Shown here one piece after another: positions 39,901-52,845 of a stretch of DNA of 64,000 bases. Numbering within the stretch: position 1 is the stretch's first letter; every line of letters starts with the position of its first letter. The DNA is taken from NCBI GenBank assembly GCA_051362555.1, contig CM120647.1, positions 1 to 64,000 on the forward strand. Direction: 5' to 3'. The notes beneath the pieces are model-generated. The model was not told where the DNA came from, searched no databases, and saw only the letters and a program-made list of their open reading frames with translations. Made by a program: the position numbers and the translations under genes. The stretch comes from Lingula anatina (taxonomy: Eukaryota; Animalia; Brachiopoda).

Positions 39901-40240
39901 TTTCAGCTTTGTAGAAATCTTTACATGTGGGTATCCAGATATCGATCCATTTTACTGAGCTCATGTGTATTACAGTACAAAGGGAATTGTGTTGGAATTT
40001 AACCGTCTTCAGATAAGGTCTCTCAAAGTCAGTGCCTTGTACGTGGTTGTGAAAGGCTTTGTTAACATGGATCAGTTCTTGTGAAGGCTCGTCTGTCCTT
40101 TCTAGAGGCTGACTTGATAATATTTGGCTAGTTTTCAGAATGTAGGCAGTAGTTAAGTCTTCTGAGGAGATTTCCTCGCTTACCTCCAATAGCTCAAGGA
40201 AGTCTAGGTCTTTATCTTCAGTGCTGTAGAGTGCCGCCAT
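36936..40240 (-). pseudogene. RTEX-like ORF1 (~1100 aa reconstructed): coiled coil, low-complexity linker, two tandem SGNH/GDSL esterase-like domains
   Basis: Domain 1: VTDSIG...GTNN...DGIHL. Domain 2: MSSSIG...GSNN...DGIHL. The three ORFs are joined across in-frame stops and one poly(A) frameshift near 37690. Confidence 0.85.
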
Positions 40241-40593
40241 GTTGAATGGTCCTAGTTGGCTGAGCTGGAGTTTTTCTTTTTGCCTTTTGTGATCAATTCC
40301 TGAGAGAGTGTCCTCCTTATTTTATAGATATCTTCCTAGTGTGCTTATGCACCTGTTCACACCATTTTTTACCAGAAAGTGATCTTGGTGCGACGTAAGA
40401 CAGAAAAAAACATTAGAGCTCTATCTAAGCCTGTACCATGCTGTCGGCCATCTTGATTTATCTTTGATATATTAGAACGATTAACGGTCACCCGCTGGCT
40501 CTTCCAACTCCCTTATTAATTAAAGATTGGTTGCACCACTGCACACGCTGATTCAATGCATAAGCACTACGTCCATCAGTGTAATAAACTTAA

Positions 40594-40930
40594 AGCAATA
40601 ATAACTCTTCGTTTCGGCCAAAAAATGAATTTTCCTGGAGTAAACAACAATTTTCCCATACTTACCAATGGTTAATGAATCCATTTTTACATTCATAGTT
40701 AGTCCCTGGTTTTTTTCTAAAAAGTTTAGTTTTTTGTTAAAATCTCTTAAGAGATTTTAACAGAGTATAGACATCATTGGAGGTCACGTGGTCTAAAGAC
40801 AAGTTCAGATATCAGAATAAAAGCTATAACTGCTGTTTTTGTGGTAAAACAGAATACATTATATTTCTATGAGTTATTCACAAGGTTTTTATTGTGAAAT
40901 ATAGATCTCATACGAAGAGTTATTATCCCT
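40594..40930. mobile_element. Kolobok-like MITE
   Basis: TTAA on both sides and TIRs AG(CA/GG)ATAATAACTCTTCGT with 5'-AG termini. Confidence 0.7.
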
Positions 40931-41198
40931 TTAAGATCTATTTAAACTGCCGCAGTCTAAATAGCGATCGTCTAAGGAATCTTTATTTATACACCTTTTT
41001 AACTGAAAAAATAAAAATTAAAAATACACTGACTGTGTATCATGATTTCAGTGAAATGATTTTTACTCCGTAGACACCTTAAAACGTATCCTATAAAATC
41101 CAGATTGTAAGCGCAAGTGTGATTAACAATTTCTATAGTACAAGCGACAAGATAAATGTTAGTCAGTTATATGTCCGCTAATCTCTGTTATAAAGGGG

Positions 41199-42940
41199 AT
41201 GAATTCTAAGTTCTGTGCTCTGGATCCCATGCCAACATATATAGTAAAAAGTGTATTAGTGTGTTATCTCCAGTTCTCTTGAGATTAGTAAATCTGTCTT
41301 TCTCAACAGGTATCTTTCCATCAAACTGCAAAACTGCAATTGTTAGACCATTACTTAAAAAGCAAGGGCTGTGTAGAAATGTCCTGAAAAACTATAGACC
41401 AATATCAAATCTACCCTTTTTAGGTAAATTTCTTGAAAAAAATGGCATGTTCCCAACTAAGCAGCTATCTATCTGAAAATAAACTCTTTGGGAAATTCCA
41501 GTCTGCTTATAGAGAAGGCCACAGCACTGAGACAGCTCTACTTCGAGTCCACAACGACATAATGCTTGCCCTGGATAAACAAAGAGATGTCATTTTAGTT
41601 CTTCTAGACCTTTCAGCGGCTTTCGATACCATAGATCATAATATGCTTCTTCACAGGTTGCAGCATCGTTTTAGAGTGAATGGACTTGCACTTAGTTGGT
41701 TTACCTCTTACCTGAAAAACAGAACACAAAGGGTTTCAATAGAGTCGGTTTTATCTCAGTTAGTTAACTTGGAGTACGGTGTCCCACAAGGGTCTGTGTT
41801 AGGTCCGATCCTATTCACATTATACATGTTACCTGTAGAAGATATCATACTAAAGCATGGTCTGAACACTGTTATTTTTGCAGATGACACACAAGTATAT
41901 ATTACATGCAAGAGCAGCCAGTCTGCAACAATCACTTCTATGGAGACTTGTCTTGCAGAGATTCGAGAATGGATGAAAGTGAACATGTTGGCTTTAAATG
42001 ATAGTAAGACTGAGTTGATGTGGTTTACATCAAGGTTCAAGGCAAATAGGAAAAATGCAGCAAATGCCAACATTTGCATAGGAGATGTTCTTATAAAACT
42101 ATCTAGTTCTGTAAAAAGATCTGGGAGTTACCCTCGATGAAAATGGCACTATGGGCAAGCGTGTATCTGAAGTGTGTAAATCAGCATCTTATGCACTATG
42201 GCGCATTGGAAAAATAAGGAAAGTGTTAGATAACAAAACCACTGAAAAATTAGTACATGCATTTATATCACCAAGATTAGATTACTGCAATAGTCTCCTC
42301 TTTGGTATTTGTGACTATCAGATTAAAAAGTTACAAGTTATTCAAAACTCAGCTGCAAGACTAGTTTGTCAAATTAAGTACAATAGTACACACCTTATCA
42401 CTCCCATTCTGAAAGAATTACACTGGCTGCCTGTGAAGCAGAGGATTTATTTTAAAGTACTTTGTATTATTTTTAAGGCGATCCATTCACAAGGACCATT
42501 ATATTTATCTGATCTTATCTGTTTTAACTTACCACGGCGGTCCACACGCTTTAATACTGAAAATGATTTTATTTTAGAACATTCTGTTTTAAAGAAGGGG
42601 TGCCTAAAAAGTTATGGAGATCGTGCTTTTATAATCTACGCCCCAAAAGTGTGGAATGGTCTACCAAATTTTATTAGAAAAACAGAAGACTTTGACAATT
42701 TTAAATCTCTTTTAAAGACCCACATTTTTAATTCTGTCTATATCTCTTAGATTTTATTATAATATATATATGTTTTTTTAATAAGATTGATTTTTAGTAG
42801 TGTAAATTTTAAATGGTTTCCAATGAGAGTTTATGATTAAAATATTGATTTTAGTATATTAGCCATTATTGTAAGGCGCCTTGAGATAGAATGTACGGCG
42901 CCATATAAGAATCTTATTATATTATTATTATTATTATTAA
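41199..42940 (+). mobile_element. 5'-truncated L2-clade LINE (RT to 3' end), frameshifted
   Basis: Motifs CALDPMP, NYRPISNL, HSTETAL, LDLSAAFDT, GVPQGS, FADD, LDYCNSL, LHWLPV. A 3' stem-loop GGCGCC...GGCGCC precedes ATATAAG and a (TTA)n tail. Confidence 0.92.
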
Positions 42941-44423
42941 TTGACTTGCATTGCTGCAACCAGAGTTGCATTATTCAAGGCCGCGGCCAAACTTTTAATA
43001 ATCAAACAGCATGGCCTTTGACCAAGTCTTATTCATTATAATTCATTGCAATTTTATGGAAATAATGATCATGCTTTAAATATAAACTTATATAAGCAAT
43101 CTGTAATTGGACTGGGTTTAATAGATCAAATACAACTTTAAGGGATAAATCAGCAAAGAGAAATGAAATGATGAATAACAAAATATGATAAGCCCTCGGG
43201 GGAAGCTTCCTCAGGAGAGACGTTCTTATGATCGGGATGATCACGCCTTTAGACAGTATATACATGTAGCGCACTTAAGATAATAAAATTAAATTTTGAA
43301 AGGAATTAACAATATAAATCTTTCAGTTCCATTGAAATCTCATGTTCTTAAATGTCAGTCACAATCCAATAACGACCGTCACATAATACCAAGGCAGGAC
43401 CCCTGCGGAAAAACGTTGTTCAGTCGCGAAGAAAGACGAACGAGATTACGCCTGTTGAAAGGCCGTGTAAAAGAAAAAGGGGTACTCCTGCGTGGAAAAA
43501 CGTCATTCAGTCGCGCGTTGTAAAGGCCAGCTTGCACTGTTCCGACGTCATTCCGCGGAGGCTGAAAAATCGGAAAGATTTGTTTTTGTGCTGTGATGCA
43601 TGAGGCAGTCTGGCAATGCTTTAAAGATTTCTGATGACGTTACTGCGGCCAGCACAAACCTCATCCAACGCCTAGGACAATTTGAAGACATCCAAAAATG
43701 CCTGGTATTTCAACGGGAGCGTGTATGGCCAACTTGTGAACAGCGAATCGAGAATAAGATTTGATATACACGATAATCTTGGCGATAAAATTAAAAGATC
43801 AGTCAGAAAATCTTAACTCTAAACAGCTAAAGACTGTCTAACATTTATTTAATTGATTTTCTTTAATGTTACTTTTTTTCGCTGGAAATTTAACCATGCA
43901 TTTCTACAATTATAGATTAGAAAATTTACTCTTTTAAGAAGACGCAGAGGGACCATGAAGATTGCGTAAGACCAATGTGCTTGTGAGCAGGTCAGGTATT
44001 TGTAGGCACAGCAATTAGATCTCTCTCGTTACAAATAAATAGCGCTCAGCATATGTATGACATACGATTACCAACACATGCACGACTTGTGCTGAATAAT
44101 AGAACACTCATCACCTTTATCTTCACGACTGATTTTTGTATTTAGGAACAGACTGAGTGGAGAAGAATAACGAACAGACCTAGCAAAAGCAAGAGGAGGT
44201 CGGTGCTAAAAGTCGGGTGGTCCTCACACAGCAAAAAACTAGCCGAGCCAGGTAACTAGCAATACAAAGAACAACTCGCTGCTATCATAATTTTCTTGTA
44301 AGAAAAATACCAGCTGAGGTTCTTAACTATGTGATGACTTCCCCGATAGCAAGTGCCGAACTCCTAGGTAAATATTTCACTCTAGCCTGTGAATGTGACA
44401 TTAACAGTACAAAAATTATAATC

Positions 44424-44615
44424 GGCTTGCCTTATTATTACCTTATATGTCCGGCTTAATTATGTTTATTTCATCTTCAGTTCATTACCATCATATGTTA
44501 TCCGCCTTCATTATTGTCTTTTGGCTTGCCATATTATTACCTTACAGGTCCAGCTTCAGTATGTTTATTTCATTTTCACTTGATTACCATTATATGTTAT
44601 CCACCTTTATTATTA
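44424..44615. repeat. ~99-bp tandem duplication (2 copies)
   Basis: GGCTTGCC.TATTATTACCTTA...ATATGTTATCC starts at ~44424 and ~44523. Confidence 0.75.
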
Positions 44616-45347
44616 CAATTTTCTTACTTTAATATAACCTAACTAATGTACATGTACACCCATTTACTATTATTATTATTATTATTATTATTTATTTTAA
44701 TTTTAATTTTTTGGTTTAGTACAATGTATGTTCGTCTTCTATGTTTTAGTAGCCGACTGTATCCAACTAAGATAGCCAACCTGTCTATTGTTATTATTAT
44801 TATTTTTTTTGTTTGTTGTGGGAACTTAATTGGAATATGTATTTAGTCTTTTTATGCATATTCTTCTACTTGACATGTTTGTCTTTGCTATGTATCACGT
44901 TTAGTTGTACATACACATGTGTGTCTTTGATCAAGTCCATCACACACATTTTTTTCCTGATGCAACATTGAATGGATTTATGTGTGATGGAAACCCTTGT
45001 GGATGGATAAATGACCAAGTCGTTGAATTGAGATGTCTGAAGAGGATGCAAACTGGTGTGTGTATGTATGAAAACGAGAATGCGAGTGAAAGTCGGTGTG
45101 CGTACGTAAATGAATTAGTGAGAATCAGGTTGATACTTACATGTACCAGCACAACTACCGTACAGTATATATCAAACATTTGTGTATACATAATTCTACT
45201 TTTTGTAAAACGTAATATATTTTCTGCCGGATATAAATATGCGGCAGAAAATCCCAAGTTTGACAAGTTTGTCTGGATGGTTGACTGCACGGAACAAATG
45301 ACCCAACATAAACATTCTGCTACACTTTTCGTCCCCAATATCTAAAC

Positions 45348-46530
45348 ATGAACTCGATTAAAATAGGTAGCTTGAATTGCAGGGGCTTATCCTCGGACCC
45401 GATTAAAAGAAGGGATTTCTTTGTCAGAAGTAGAGAAAAGTATGACGTAACATTCTTAAAAGATACAGCACAAAGAACAATGAAATACTTTGGAGGCAAG
45501 AGTGGGGCGCAGAGGTCAGATTCTGCTCATACATGTCAAAAAGTAGGGGGGGTGGCAATTCTTTTTAGAAACACATTTGAATATAAGATATTTAAAAGAT
45601 AAAAGATCCAGAAGGAAACTTTCTTATTTTGGACACCCTTATGCAAGGCACACGAGTCTCGCCAGTTGCCTTGTATGGACCTAACAATGATAAGCCCTCG
45701 TTCTTTAAAAATCTCCAAAATAGACTACAGCTTTAGATAAATCTTTAATTATCAATGCAGGTGATTGGAATGTGTCAGGAAAAACAACAGCGCATTTGCA
45801 TATGTTCTGAATGTCTCCTTTATTATTTTCGAAAGTTAAATATTTCCACTGAATAAAGATCAGTTTCCAAATTATCACAGTACATAACGTAACAGTTACT
45901 AATGCAATGTAACAGAGAGGTACACGTGTACTTGCCGCCGATTCCTATCTTGGTTAGTTTATGCCATAACTTGGTGCATTTATGGTATCAAAGCATCGAG
46001 TGCAGTCCATGGAACATTAACACAGTCTTTTCCAACAATAAATCCACTAACTACAACGTCCAGCGCTTAAAACGCTTCCACACTCTGTCTGAAACAGTGA
46101 CGCACCGCATGGCCCCGACTCTCCTCTCTTTTCTCTTTTTTCGATCTCCACACCCAGGAGAGCTTAATTCTCTAACAGAATGTCCCTTTGGAATATGAAA
46201 TGATACACTGAATTATCTACATTAAAATAATACGAAGTCAAATGAAGCCATGCAAATATTATGTATACTTTTGATCTGACGGATGTGTGGAGAGAACTTC
46301 ATCCTTTAGAAAAAAAGATATACATGGTTTGGGCCATACCATAAACGGGCTAGACTAGATTATTTTTTAATATCCTCAGATCTACAGAATAATTTTAAAA
46401 ATGCAGGAATTGATTTTGCTTATAAATCAGACCATTCTCCGGTAACGCTTGAATTGAATTTTTTAAACCAAGAACGCGGACCAGGAACATGGAAATTTAA
46501 TAACAGCCTTCTTACAGACAAGAATATATA
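45348..46530 (+). pseudogene. Tx1/L1-clade ORF2 endonuclease fragment, interrupted at ~45780-46265
   Basis: SLNCRGL, GGVAILF, YGPN, AGDWN, then ARLDYFLIS, SDHSPV, GTWKFNNSLL. Confidence 0.8.
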
Positions 46531-46539
46531 AAAGTACAT

Positions 46540-46765
46540 GAAATTCTCAAACACAAGCCTCAATTTTTTTCATACCGTTAGCTTACGGCCAACCTGGTCG
46601 AAGGCCTTCATCAGACTGACGTGAGAAGTTGTTCATACTCACTGACCGCTAGGTGGTATAGCGGCCAGGACCCTCTTGTAAATGTCAGGTAGATCAACAC
46701 CCCCCCCCCCCCCCCCCCGTCCCTATTCATGAGTGGCTGGTGTCGGCTGATGTTGATAGCCTCTC
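46540..46765 (-). mobile_element. Penelope-like element 3' remnant (GIY-YIG C-terminal tail plus pseudo-LTR)
   Basis: Minus strand EAINISRHQPLMNRDGG..VDLPDIYKRVL, followed by a hammerhead-like motif. Confidence 0.75.
46574..46620 (-). ncRNA. Degenerate hammerhead ribozyme of the Penelope remnant
   Basis: GTCAGT CTGATGA A GGCC-TTCGACCAGGTT-GGCC GTAA GCTA ACGG. The GAAA box is changed to GTAA. Confidence 0.6.
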
Positions 46766-46771
46766 AATGTT

Positions 46772-47497
46772 GTATGCACCAAGATAGGAAATATAAAAGT
46801 TTTAACCACTGTTACCTTTACTATTATGAAAGATTTCTCAAGGACCAAACTTCCACGATATTTTTTTTTTCAATTTTTTCTATAAAGTTAATTTCCTAAT
46901 TGTTACTTTTTTCAATTCGTATTTTATACCAAGCAACTTAAATGCACCTTCATGATTCCATTTTATTTCTTTTTCAGTTTTGATTTTTTCGTAACATCCT
47001 CTCTTGGCCCCAATCCATATTGATTTTGTTTTTTTTTTTAGATTGGCTCTCAGGCTCGAACATTCAGAGAATGCAGTGATTAAACAGAGGGCCCTGTTCA
47101 AGGAGACCTCGTCGTCTCCAACTATAAGAGTTGTATCATCTGCATAAGACGTAATAAGAAACTCCGTATTGTTTATAATAATTCCATTTACGTCAGGGTC
47201 AGTCTTAACTGTGGCCGAGAAAATTTCTAAACAAAGAATAAAAAGATATGGGGACAGGGGTTTCCCTGTCGTACACCCCTTTTTACCATAAAGCACTCCG
47301 AAAGATGGCCGTTATTTTGTATTGTAGAGGAGATATCAGTGTATAAGGTTTTAACCCACTGTTTCATGGTGTGACCGAAATTAAAGAAGGATAAAGTTTC
47401 AAATATAAAGTTCCATTCTAAGGAATCAAATGCTTTTTCATAATCGAGTAGAAGTAGTAATCCGGGAATTTGTTCATTTTCTGTTCTTTCTATATAA
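46772..47497 (-). pseudogene. Tx1/L1-clade RT segment, inverted relative to the downstream part
   Basis: LDYEKAFD, GVRQG.PLSPYLF, YADD, FKLLGI, ending KVTVVKTFIFPILVH. Confidence 0.85.
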
Positions 47498-47909
47498 ATT
47501 GTAACCCGTGTTGAAGGCTTGTCGCGCCGTCTATAGGAGATAATTGCAGTACGCGGTAGACGCACACGCTGGTAGGCACGTGATCCTTAATGAGCACACC
47601 CTAATGCTAATCGTTTGTGAATTTGGTGACATTTGATGGCGTCTTTTCAATTTTATAGACATTTCTTTACATCTGTAGAAGTCACAGTGAAACAGTCGAT
47701 TTGAGGGGGTACCTCTTATAAATTTTACTAAATGGTATAAAATATGTATATTTTCACCACTATTTGGTATTTTTTAAACCATTAATCATGTAAGACACGG
47801 TATCCGTAATAAAAAACACTATTTCTAACAATTTACAGTTGTAAGGTGATCATTTGTAAATAAAAGTACATGGAAATGGGGGTGGGACAACCTTTTTGAC
47901 CAATGCTGT

Positions 47910-49200
47910 ATACCAACTGCCATGCCAAACCCCTCAGACCATATCTTTAAAACTATAGATACAATCATATTTAACTTTATCTGGAATGGGAAAAGAGACA
48001 AAATAAAACGAGCAACAATGGTGTCTGATTACGAAAATGGAGGGCTTAAGGTACCACAAATAAAACTTTTTAATAAGGCACTAAAACTTTCATGGCTAAA
48101 AAGACTTTTGGACGAAGAAAACAAAAGCAAGTGGAAAGTGCTCTTTCTCAGTGAACTGCCAGAAATCGGGGGTCAGAAAATATGGACCTTGACAAAAGGT
48201 GGATTACAAACGCTACAAGCAACGAATAACTCCTTTTGGCAAACGTTATTGATTCTTTGAGTGAAATTCAGGAAAACCCCAGTATAACCCCAGAAGAAAT
48301 CTTATCACAACCATTATGGAAAAACTCAAAAATTAAAACAAATGAAAAAACTATCATAAAATATGGTGTGAAAATGGTATTTTCTACATTAATGATATTA
48401 TAAATAATGTTGGAAATTTCCTCTCTCTAGAGGAACTCAACGAAAAATTCAACCTAAACGCAAACTTTCTGGAATACTTGAGTATTCAAAAGAGCATACC
48501 ATCTGAATGGCGTAAAACTATCTCAACTAATGGAAGAAAATTACAAACCGTGTTCCACGAAATAATTGACTCGATTAAAAAAGTTACCAAACCATCAAGA
48601 TGCTTCTATAGAAAATTACTCCAATGCCACACTATATCACCAAACAAAAGTAAAAGTAAATGGCACGAAAATATTTAAAAAATCCTGTAATGATGGTTGG
48701 CAACTAATATTTAGATCCCCCTTCCAAGTAACAGATGACACGAAACTGCAGTTTAGAATAAATCACAGAATATTTAGTACAAATGTTTATCTTATGAAAA
48801 TGTCTAAAAAAGAATCAGAACAGTGTGAATTTTGCAATGCTGCCAGAGAAACTATTCTTCACGTGTTCTGGGATTGCCCTCATGTACAGAATGTTTGGAC
48901 GTGTGTCATTTGTTCCGTAAAAGATAATTTAGGCGTTGTAATTGAGAGATCTCCCGATATTTTTATACTCGGGCTTGTGCAATCATATGACATAAAAGGT
49001 TTTTATCTACTTATCTTGATAATTAAGAAATATATTAGTTTATGTAGAACGAAAACAGAAATCCCAACATGGGAAGGAACTAGACAATACGTTAATTATT
49101 TACATAAATATTTGTTTATATTCTTTATATATGTATACCGACCAAAAACAACAACATGTTAAAAGAAAATGGGAAAATGTTGATCGCATATATTACAACT
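47910..49200 (+). pseudogene. Tx1/L1-clade ORF2 C-terminal part (zf-RVT region)
   Basis: MPNP...FIWNGKRDKIKR...GGLKVP, QPLW.N, FRINHRI, CEFC...ETILHVFWDC. Confidence 0.85.
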
Positions 49201-50756
49201 TAATTGACAAGCAACAAGCTGATGATATACCTCTTAGAATTTCAATTGTAAGGTTAACAACATGAATTGTCAATCTCACTTTCTACCCGTTTATGCAATA
49301 CTGTAACTGCACAACCTTTTTTTTACTGAGAGAGAAAGAGAGTCCAATTTTGTAAATGTGTATGTGTGTGTGTGTGTGTTTGTGTGCGATTCATAAGTCA
49401 AAAACTCTAAGATTCTATATTTATTTGCTGAAAAAAAAACTTTGACCAGCAGACTCTGAGCTTTCAAATGATATATAATTCAGGTCTGTGTATAAAGGGG
49501 ACACTAATGCTGAAAATTTTGGCCTTCTGCCGCTCACCTGCGGAGAACAATAACTTTCATTAATGTTCGCGACAGTGTTTGAACTCACTTGTTTAAATAT
49601 CGATATTAAACGTCATTTAAATATACCAATTCATTACCCCATGAAATAAAAGATATATATTGAACAAATATTAAAGCCCACCAAGAATCTGGCAGGTCGA
49701 GTTATTACCTGGCTTGGGAAGTCCGGCGGTGAATCCTTTATTTGCCATAATCACCGCATATCACGTATTATATACTGCATGCACTTACCCTTCTTCTCTG
49801 AAACCCAAGAAATAAACTGAATTCTGGTCATAAAGTTCCCCTGTTCGTCTTCCACAGATGACTGTTGGGCAGAGCTCATTTTAATAGGTTCAAATTTTTC
49901 ACTATTTTTAACGACAAAGTAGATATTTACATAGATAATCAACCATGTGTTGCTTTGCGTTTCATTCAATTATTTATCCGCAAGGTTTTATTGGACTAGC
50001 TTTCGTCTTTATTCTATTTAGTGTATTTATATTATTATTTTAACAACGTGAGTAAAATATTCTAGTTGACGGATTTGTGGAGTAACAACGTAACGATCGG
50101 GCGTTGTGGAAGAGCCCATTGGTTGTATTAACCTCATTCTCCTGCTAAAGATCAGTGCTGCCAACCTCAGATTATTTTTTTTTACTTCACCTGTGACCTT
50201 ATAGAGCACGATGGGAGCCAAAGCGGTTCACCCGTTAGAGGTTCAAGTTTTGGGTAGTATGTGCCTTTTGAAATGTTTACTGTGGGGTTGCCCCAGGCAC
50301 TGTATGATCATATGAACAGTCTCGATAAGCAGGGGCCCAAGGGGGGTATGAAAAAATAAATTGTTTGGGTAAAGCAATAAGGGCCGACGTGACTTATGAA
50401 AAAAACTTCTTGCTGAGAAGATAGCACTTTTTTATTAAAAGAGCAGTATGGCATGCATGTCGCCATGCCTGATTCGCTTTTGACTTCATTCAAGTTTGAT
50501 CTGTTGTGTACATGGTAAAGGATAGAGAACGATGACCATCCCAGCCCTAAGCATCATTTTAAAGATTCTAAAAGTGAAGAGAAAGAAATACTTTATGTTA
50601 ATAACCGGGAATAAGTTGTTTTCAAATCGATCACTTATTCTAAACTATATCGACTTTTATGCAAAAGGTTATTTGGCCAGATCCACAAGAGCCCACATTC
50701 GTTCCCGTGACTTCCCGACTGCAGGGCCAGGTCGTTGCTGTTACGGACTGACATTC

Positions 50757-50836
50757 GTTATCCGGGACTCGAACTCGTGACCTCCGATTACCTTTTTTTG
50801 CAGTCGTGCACGCCAACGACAGCGCTGTGCCTGACC
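50757..50836 (-). mobile_element. Degenerate tRNA-derived sequence (SINE head or tRNA pseudogene)
   Basis: Minus strand ...CACGACTGCA...ATCGGAGGTCACGAGTTCGAGTCCCGG has a good B box and T arm. The A box and acceptor stem are poor. Confidence 0.4.
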
Positions 50837-52783
50837 CAACCGCCCACCGAATATACGTTTTACCTGTTTTAGTAATAAAATGCAATTTTCAGAAATCATA
50901 TCTTGCAAAAATAGGGCATTAAACACTCTAGCATTCCAATATAGCCGTGTTTAAGAAAGCAGAATTACCACGGGGCCGCAGGAGCTTCGTTGTTAGATCT
51001 TAGATCAAATGCAAACTTTCTACCTTGTCACGCAGAGGGACAGATTGGTTGTGCATGTTTACATCTGCAGTTACAGTTGATAACCCGGGTGCGGTACAGA
51101 TGTATTTTATCTCGCGCAACTCCAGTCCCAGAACATTGTCTTTTTATCATCGTTGAAGTTCACGATGTACGCGAGGCCTTGTTTGAGAAGCCGAAACGCA
51201 ACGTTTCTAGACAGTTTTTTTCTTTTCTGTGTTTTCGTTTGGTGCTGAGATTTAGTTTGGTTTCACGTTTGATCCTAAAGAGCACAATATGGGATCGAAC
51301 GCGGCCCACACCCGGACGGTTTTGGTTTAAACAAGCCCTTATATGAAGAGGGAATCATTTCAAACCTTCAATTGTGTAAAAGCAATTGGAACGATGCGGA
51401 TTTTGAGAAAATAATTCTGCAAAGAAAATACCATTTCTGTCTGCTGAACGTGATATACAGGTGATAAGACAGGGCCCCCTGACCCCCCCTCTAAATCCGC
51501 CACTGTTTGTTAACGGATTCTTACTACAGCGGATCGACGCGCTGTCGCTGGACAACAGATACCGGCGTCGTTGGGTTCACTCGTCTAAGCTATTGTGATT
51601 TTCCATCTAAGTTATTGTGTTATTCCGTTTGAAATGTCTGTCCATTGTTTACCCACCCTCCTCTATTCACGAAATAGAAATTAAAACATTTCAAACGTTT
51701 TAAAACGGAAAACAACGGATAGTCTAGGAAACCTAATTATGACCCGTGTTTCTCGAGAGGGTTTCGCGAGAGGGCGTATTATTTAAAGTGCACACCGAGA
51801 GAAAGTACTCACATTAAAAAAAAAAAAGAAAAACATCCCATATCGCCACGGTCACATAACAAGAATATACTAGTTGGCTGGTTATTGGTATACGGAATAG
51901 AGGGTCACACTGTTACTAGTATATTGATTGTACTGCAAAGGGAGGGCGGGGCGGGGGTAATGCCGCATGCAGAGGATAAGATGCAAACGTGGGTTGTACA
52001 ATGCTGCATTTTACTGGTGTAATTAGATACATAGGGCAATATGCATTTCCCTAAAATCTAATCAAAATCTAATCTCTGCATAAAGTCGCTAACAGACAAA
52101 CTAATAAATAAACTAACAAGCGAAAACAATGTCATAACCTCTTTAATGTAGCCAAATGTTCACAAGCACGTGCACAACAAAGCTCGGTTTTGCTCAAAAC
52201 CAAATAAGAAAATAGTCCATAGACTGAAAATTGTCATTTATTCAAATGACTAAAGGTGTCAAGATACAAAATGTCTTAAAAGATATAAGATATCTTGACA
52301 TCTTGATACTGTATGAAGTAACAAGATAGGGGATAGTAACAACATAACATTAAATGATTACACATACATCCCACAGAAAAAAAACATCCCACAAACATTG
52401 GAGCAAAGAGTTGGAAAAGAACAAAACAATGGCCAAAAAATATGAGAGAAGCCCGGAGGTAACTTTTCACTATATCTTAGATGACGTTTTATTCAATATG
52501 ATGTCTTTACAGTGACTCGAAATTTTCAAATACATGGTGTGACTGCTCAGACCGTGTCCCGTTTGGTATCTGTAATATATCAAACAATATATCATAGTGT
52601 CAATAACTGTCAAACAATACTACATTTTTATTCGGACTGAGGTAATATCCCTGCTAGTATAAACATGCTGTATGAGTAGGCAACAGTTACGTGTCTTTCT
52701 TAAATATACATGTACATGAAGAGCCGTTAAAATCACCAAACCGCTGGGAAAACCAGCATGGTAATTTGTATTACGTCAAATAT

Positions 52784-52785
<2 letters not shown>

Positions 52786-52843
<58 letters not shown>
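52786..52843. repeat. (TA)n microsatellite
   Basis: Direct observation. Confidence 0.95.

Positions 52844-52845
<2 letters not shown>

Larger units (their letters stand above)
30200..40458 (-). mobile_element. Near full-length RTEX-like non-LTR retrotransposon, interrupted by several insertions
   Basis: ORF1 carries SGNH esterase domains. ORF2 has APE (GDFN, VVDY, SDH), RT (QGDSLSP, YADD) and the C-terminal motifs YGCEIWG, ELGRFP and HDLEIQRGR...ICKLC. CAAGATGGCCG sits at the 5' end. The 3' boundary is approximate. Confidence 0.85.

Noticed and set aside
44905-45345. Overlapping 146-aa and 132-aa ORFs
   Set aside because: No recognisable motifs. Probably non-coding spacer or TE-derived sequence upstream of a Tx1 ORF2.
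50757-50836. Functional tRNA-Cys gene
   Set aside because: No convincing acceptor stem or D arm. Kept only as a low-confidence tRNA-derived relic.
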